This document shows positions 26,969 to 29,074 of a DNA stretch of 29,074 nucleotides, piece by piece; the stretch's first letter is position 1; each line of letters starts with the position of its first letter. Origin of the DNA: Clostridia bacterium (GTDB lineage: Bacteria; Bacillota; Clostridia; Christensenellales; UBA1242). Below the pieces are notes generated by a model, which saw nothing but the letters and a program-made list of their open reading frames with translations, searched no databases and was not told where the DNA came from. The stretch is taken from assembly GCA_045660245.1 (NCBI GenBank), contig JAZRDJ010000060.1:1-29074 (forward strand), in the 5' to 3' direction. The translations under genes and the position numbers were made by a program.

Positions 26969-27831
26969 TACTCTTCTCCTATAAAGAACGCACTGTTGCC
27001 ACAAGGAAGCATAATCCCTTCATTCGTTGGAAGCCCAATTTCATATGCTTCATACTTGCCCTTTTTGTTTTTGAGCGCCTTTTTCATTACATTTTCAAGC
27101 ACTGTTGCACCAAGCCCAGTTGTATAACTGTTGATAAGCATAAAAAGTGGCTTGTCAGAGAGAACTTTGCAAGCAAGTTCCACAAAATCAGCGAGATTGT
27201 CCTCAAGTTTCCAGACTTCACCATTTGCACCCCTGCCATAACTTGGCGGATCCATGATTATTCCATCATAAAAATGTCCCCGCTTGATTTCACGCTCAAT
27301 GAATTTTCTGCAATCGTCAACGATGTATCTGATTGGACTGTTTTCAAGCCCAGAAAGTCTTGCGTTTTGCTTTGCACGCTCCACCATGTTTTTTGCACTG
27401 TCTACATGACATACACTTGCGCCCGCACTTGCACAAGCAACTGTTGCTCCCCCAGTATAAGCAAATAAGTTCAATACGCTAATTGGCCTGTTTGCTTTTT
27501 TTATCATCTGAATCATTCGATCCCAGTTGTATGCTTGCTCTGGGAAAAGCCCAGTGTGCTTGAACCCCATGGGTTTGAGTGAAAATGTCAAATTCTTGTA
27601 TGACACATTCCACTCTGCTGGCATTTTCTTTTTTTCTTCCCATGCGCCACCACCAGTCGAACTCCTGTGATAATGCGCATGTAACCCTTTATGCTTTGCA
27701 AGATTAGAATCCGAGTGCCAAATCACTTGTGGATCGGGACGAAGCAAAATAATATCCCCCCACCTTTCAAGTTTTTCGCCGTCACCAGTTGCGATAATCT
27801 CATAATCCTTCCAGTCTTTTGTATAGTTCAT
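26968..27831 (-). CDS. Class I SAM-dependent methyltransferase, RlmI/RlmK-related; start moved to MNYTKDW (287 aa)
   Basis: LERWG...RPDPQ, FKHTGLFPEQ, LNLFAYTGG and MDPPSYG motifs. Confidence 0.9.
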   Translation of the reverse strand: MNYTKDWKDYEIIATGDGEKLERWGDIILLRPDPQVIWHSDSNLAKHKGLHAHYHRSSTGGGAWEEKKKMPAEWNVSYKNLTFSLKPMGFKHTGLFPEQAYNWDRMIQMIKKANRPISVLNLFAYTGGATVACASAGASVCHVDSAKNMVERAKQNARLSGLENSPIRYIVDDCRKFIEREIKRGHFYDGIIMDPPSYGRGANGEVWKLEDNLADFVELACKVLSDKPLFMLINSYTTGLGATVLENVMKKALKNKKGKYEAYEIGLPTNEGIMLPCGNSAFFIGEE

Positions 27832-27847
27832 TTTTTTACCTTCAATA

Positions 27848-28567
27848 TTAATATTTGTCAATTATTGTTTGCATTTCAATGGTATCATTTGCAACAACAA
27901 CACCAACAGGTTCTTCGTCGTAATTACCATTCTTTGTAATGACAACCACACCGAGTTTTTTGTTTTGTTGAAACAAATATAACATATTGTCAATTGTGAT
28001 GGTTGCCGGCACAACTTCATAGTGATTTGCAATATCACGAACATTGATGTTCTCTCCTATTGTTCCATCCATGAAAACATCAATATCTTTGCCATCCAAG
28101 AAACATTTGCCGATAGCATCAATGATCATTTTTCTGTTGATTACACCAACAAGCGTTTTGTGGTCATACACAGGAACAACAGAATACCCAGACTTGTATA
28201 ATTCCGCCATCACAAATGAGAGTTTTGTGTCAACAGTGACACAAAAAACTGATCTTGCAGCAATTGAATCAACAACTCTTGGTGGAGTTGTTACAAGCCT
28301 TGCAATTGATTCGAGTTTTTCAACTATTTCCTCGTTTGGTTCAGCAATAATGTCTTCATTGACATTGTTGTGAACAATTGCATTTCTGAGCCTTGCATAG
28401 TCTATGAGATCCTCTTTGTACTTTCTGATCACAGGACTCACTCCAGCAGTTTGCCTGATCATGTCAGAAAACGACATTGAACGCTTTATGTTGTAAATAT
28501 CCCTCGCCCCTTGATCAAGTCTGTTGTACGCCTCAATGAAACGCTTTGCATTTGGATTGTTTGCCAT
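27848..28567 (-). CDS. Putative HEPN-domain plus tandem CBS-domain protein
   Basis: Helical N-terminus with RNAIVH (R61-H66, RxxxxH); C-terminal CBS pair (YSVVPVYD...LVGVIN; VVVITKNG...PVGVVVAND); SD GGGAG. Confidence 0.8.
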   Translation of the reverse strand: MANNPNAKRFIEAYNRLDQGARDIYNIKRSMSFSDMIRQTAGVSPVIRKYKEDLIDYARLRNAIVHNNVNEDIIAEPNEEIVEKLESIARLVTTPPRVVDSIAARSVFCVTVDTKLSFVMAELYKSGYSVVPVYDHKTLVGVINRKMIIDAIGKCFLDGKDIDVFMDGTIGENINVRDIANHYEVVPATITIDNMLYLFQQNKKLGVVVITKNGNYDEEPVGVVVANDTIEMQTIIDKY

Positions 28568-28679
28568 AAGATATCATATTCTCCCAATTTTTATATTATC
28601 ATACTAACACAAAAAACTTGCTCAAGTCAATTATTTTCAAAAATGAAGGACTGAAGGACAAAATATTTTAAATTTTGCA

Positions 28680-28708
28680 TTGCATAAATAGAAACGATGG
28701 TGTATAAT
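28680..28708 (+). promoter_or_regulatory. SigmaA promoter for the SRP RNA
   Basis: TTGCAT (28680-28685)-N17-TATAAT (28703-28708). Confidence 0.75.
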
Positions 28709-28714
28709 GACAGA

Positions 28715-28995
28715 AGTGTTACACTATATGCGGGAAGTTAGCGGTGTCCTGTAACCCGAAATCCGCTATACGCGGGGCTGAAAGACTTGCCTAGGTTTGG
28801 TGTATGGAAGGCTGAACATAGTGTGCGGTGATGATCTCAAGGTCCTATGCAATGCTCATTTGTGAACCGTGTCAGAGTTTGACGACAGCAGCACTAAGCA
28901 AACTTGGAGCATGTGCCATAGGGTGGCTTTGATGGAGCTTGCTACTATTGTCCCCGCTTCGGTATACCATGTCAACGCAAGCCGTGTAACACTTT
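28715..28995 (+). ncRNA. ffs: Large bacterial SRP RNA (scRNA, with Alu domain)
   Basis: Alu domain GCGGGAAGTTAGCGGTGTCCTGTAACCCGAAATCCGCTATACGCGGGGCTGAA is collinear with B. subtilis scRNA; S domain GTGAACCGTGTCAGA...AGCAGCAC; 5' AGTGTTACAC pairs with 3' GTGTAACACT; promoter about 7 nt upstream. Confidence 0.93.
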
Positions 28996-29033
28996 TTTTA
29001 TTTTTAGATTATAAATAATAATTTTTCACAAAC

Positions 29034-29067
29034 AAAAAAGACGTCGCTCAAATGGGCGACGTCTTTT
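29034..29067. terminator. Intrinsic terminator downstream of the SRP RNA (possibly bidirectional)
   Basis: AAAAGACGTCGCTC-AAAT-GGGCGACGTCTTTT. Confidence 0.85.
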
Positions 29068-29074
29068 AATTGTC

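Noticed and set aside
343-28373. Many 60-197-aa ORFs nested in or antisense to recognised genes (e.g. 9303..9896, 18827..19417, 20783..21313, 26935..27468)
   Set aside because: Shadow ORFs expected from the host genes' codon usage; no SD, promoter or motif support.
28644-28659. Tandem TGAAGGAC x2 between the divergent HEPN-CBS and SRP promoters
   Set aside because: Only two 8-nt copies with no recurrence noticed; indistinguishable from slippage.
1-29074. CRISPR arrays, IS elements, tRNA/rRNA genes and riboswitches
   Set aside because: No regularly spaced repeats, transposase motifs, cloverleaf/rRNA signatures or long structured leaders seen; the hairpins are all different and sit at gene ends like terminators.

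Overview
Low-GC (about one-third by eye), chromosomal, Clostridia-like (Firmicutes) region, mostly housekeeping. It holds a partial trpS missed by the ORF track, mnmA, a TM2 protein, a GNAT protein, a spoVB-like flippase, a DUF421/DUF4363 pair, uvrBA, a MacB-type ABC pair, glyQS, rpiB, sepF, groESL, lgt, acpS, recX, yigZ, rluA, a SAM methyltransferase, a HEPN-CBS protein and the large (Alu-containing) SRP RNA. I saw no CRISPR array, IS element or prophage. Points worth a second look: (1) a HEPN(RxxxxH)-CBS protein heading an RNA-modification operon, divergent from an SRP RNA with a non-GNRA (UGAC) tetraloop; (2) two complementary DivIVA-like genes, one a 58-aa ORF hidden behind a terminator that sequesters its SD; (3) a divergent groESL with no CIRCE and a mother-cell-sigma-like promoter; (4) several apparently leaderless genes; (5) a stand-alone phage-initiator-like wHTH gene divergent from uvrB; (6) a 647-aa orphan membrane protein with a perfect sigmaA promoter; (7) an AT-rich codon patch inside glyQS. 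All family assignments come from motif recognition, not database searches.
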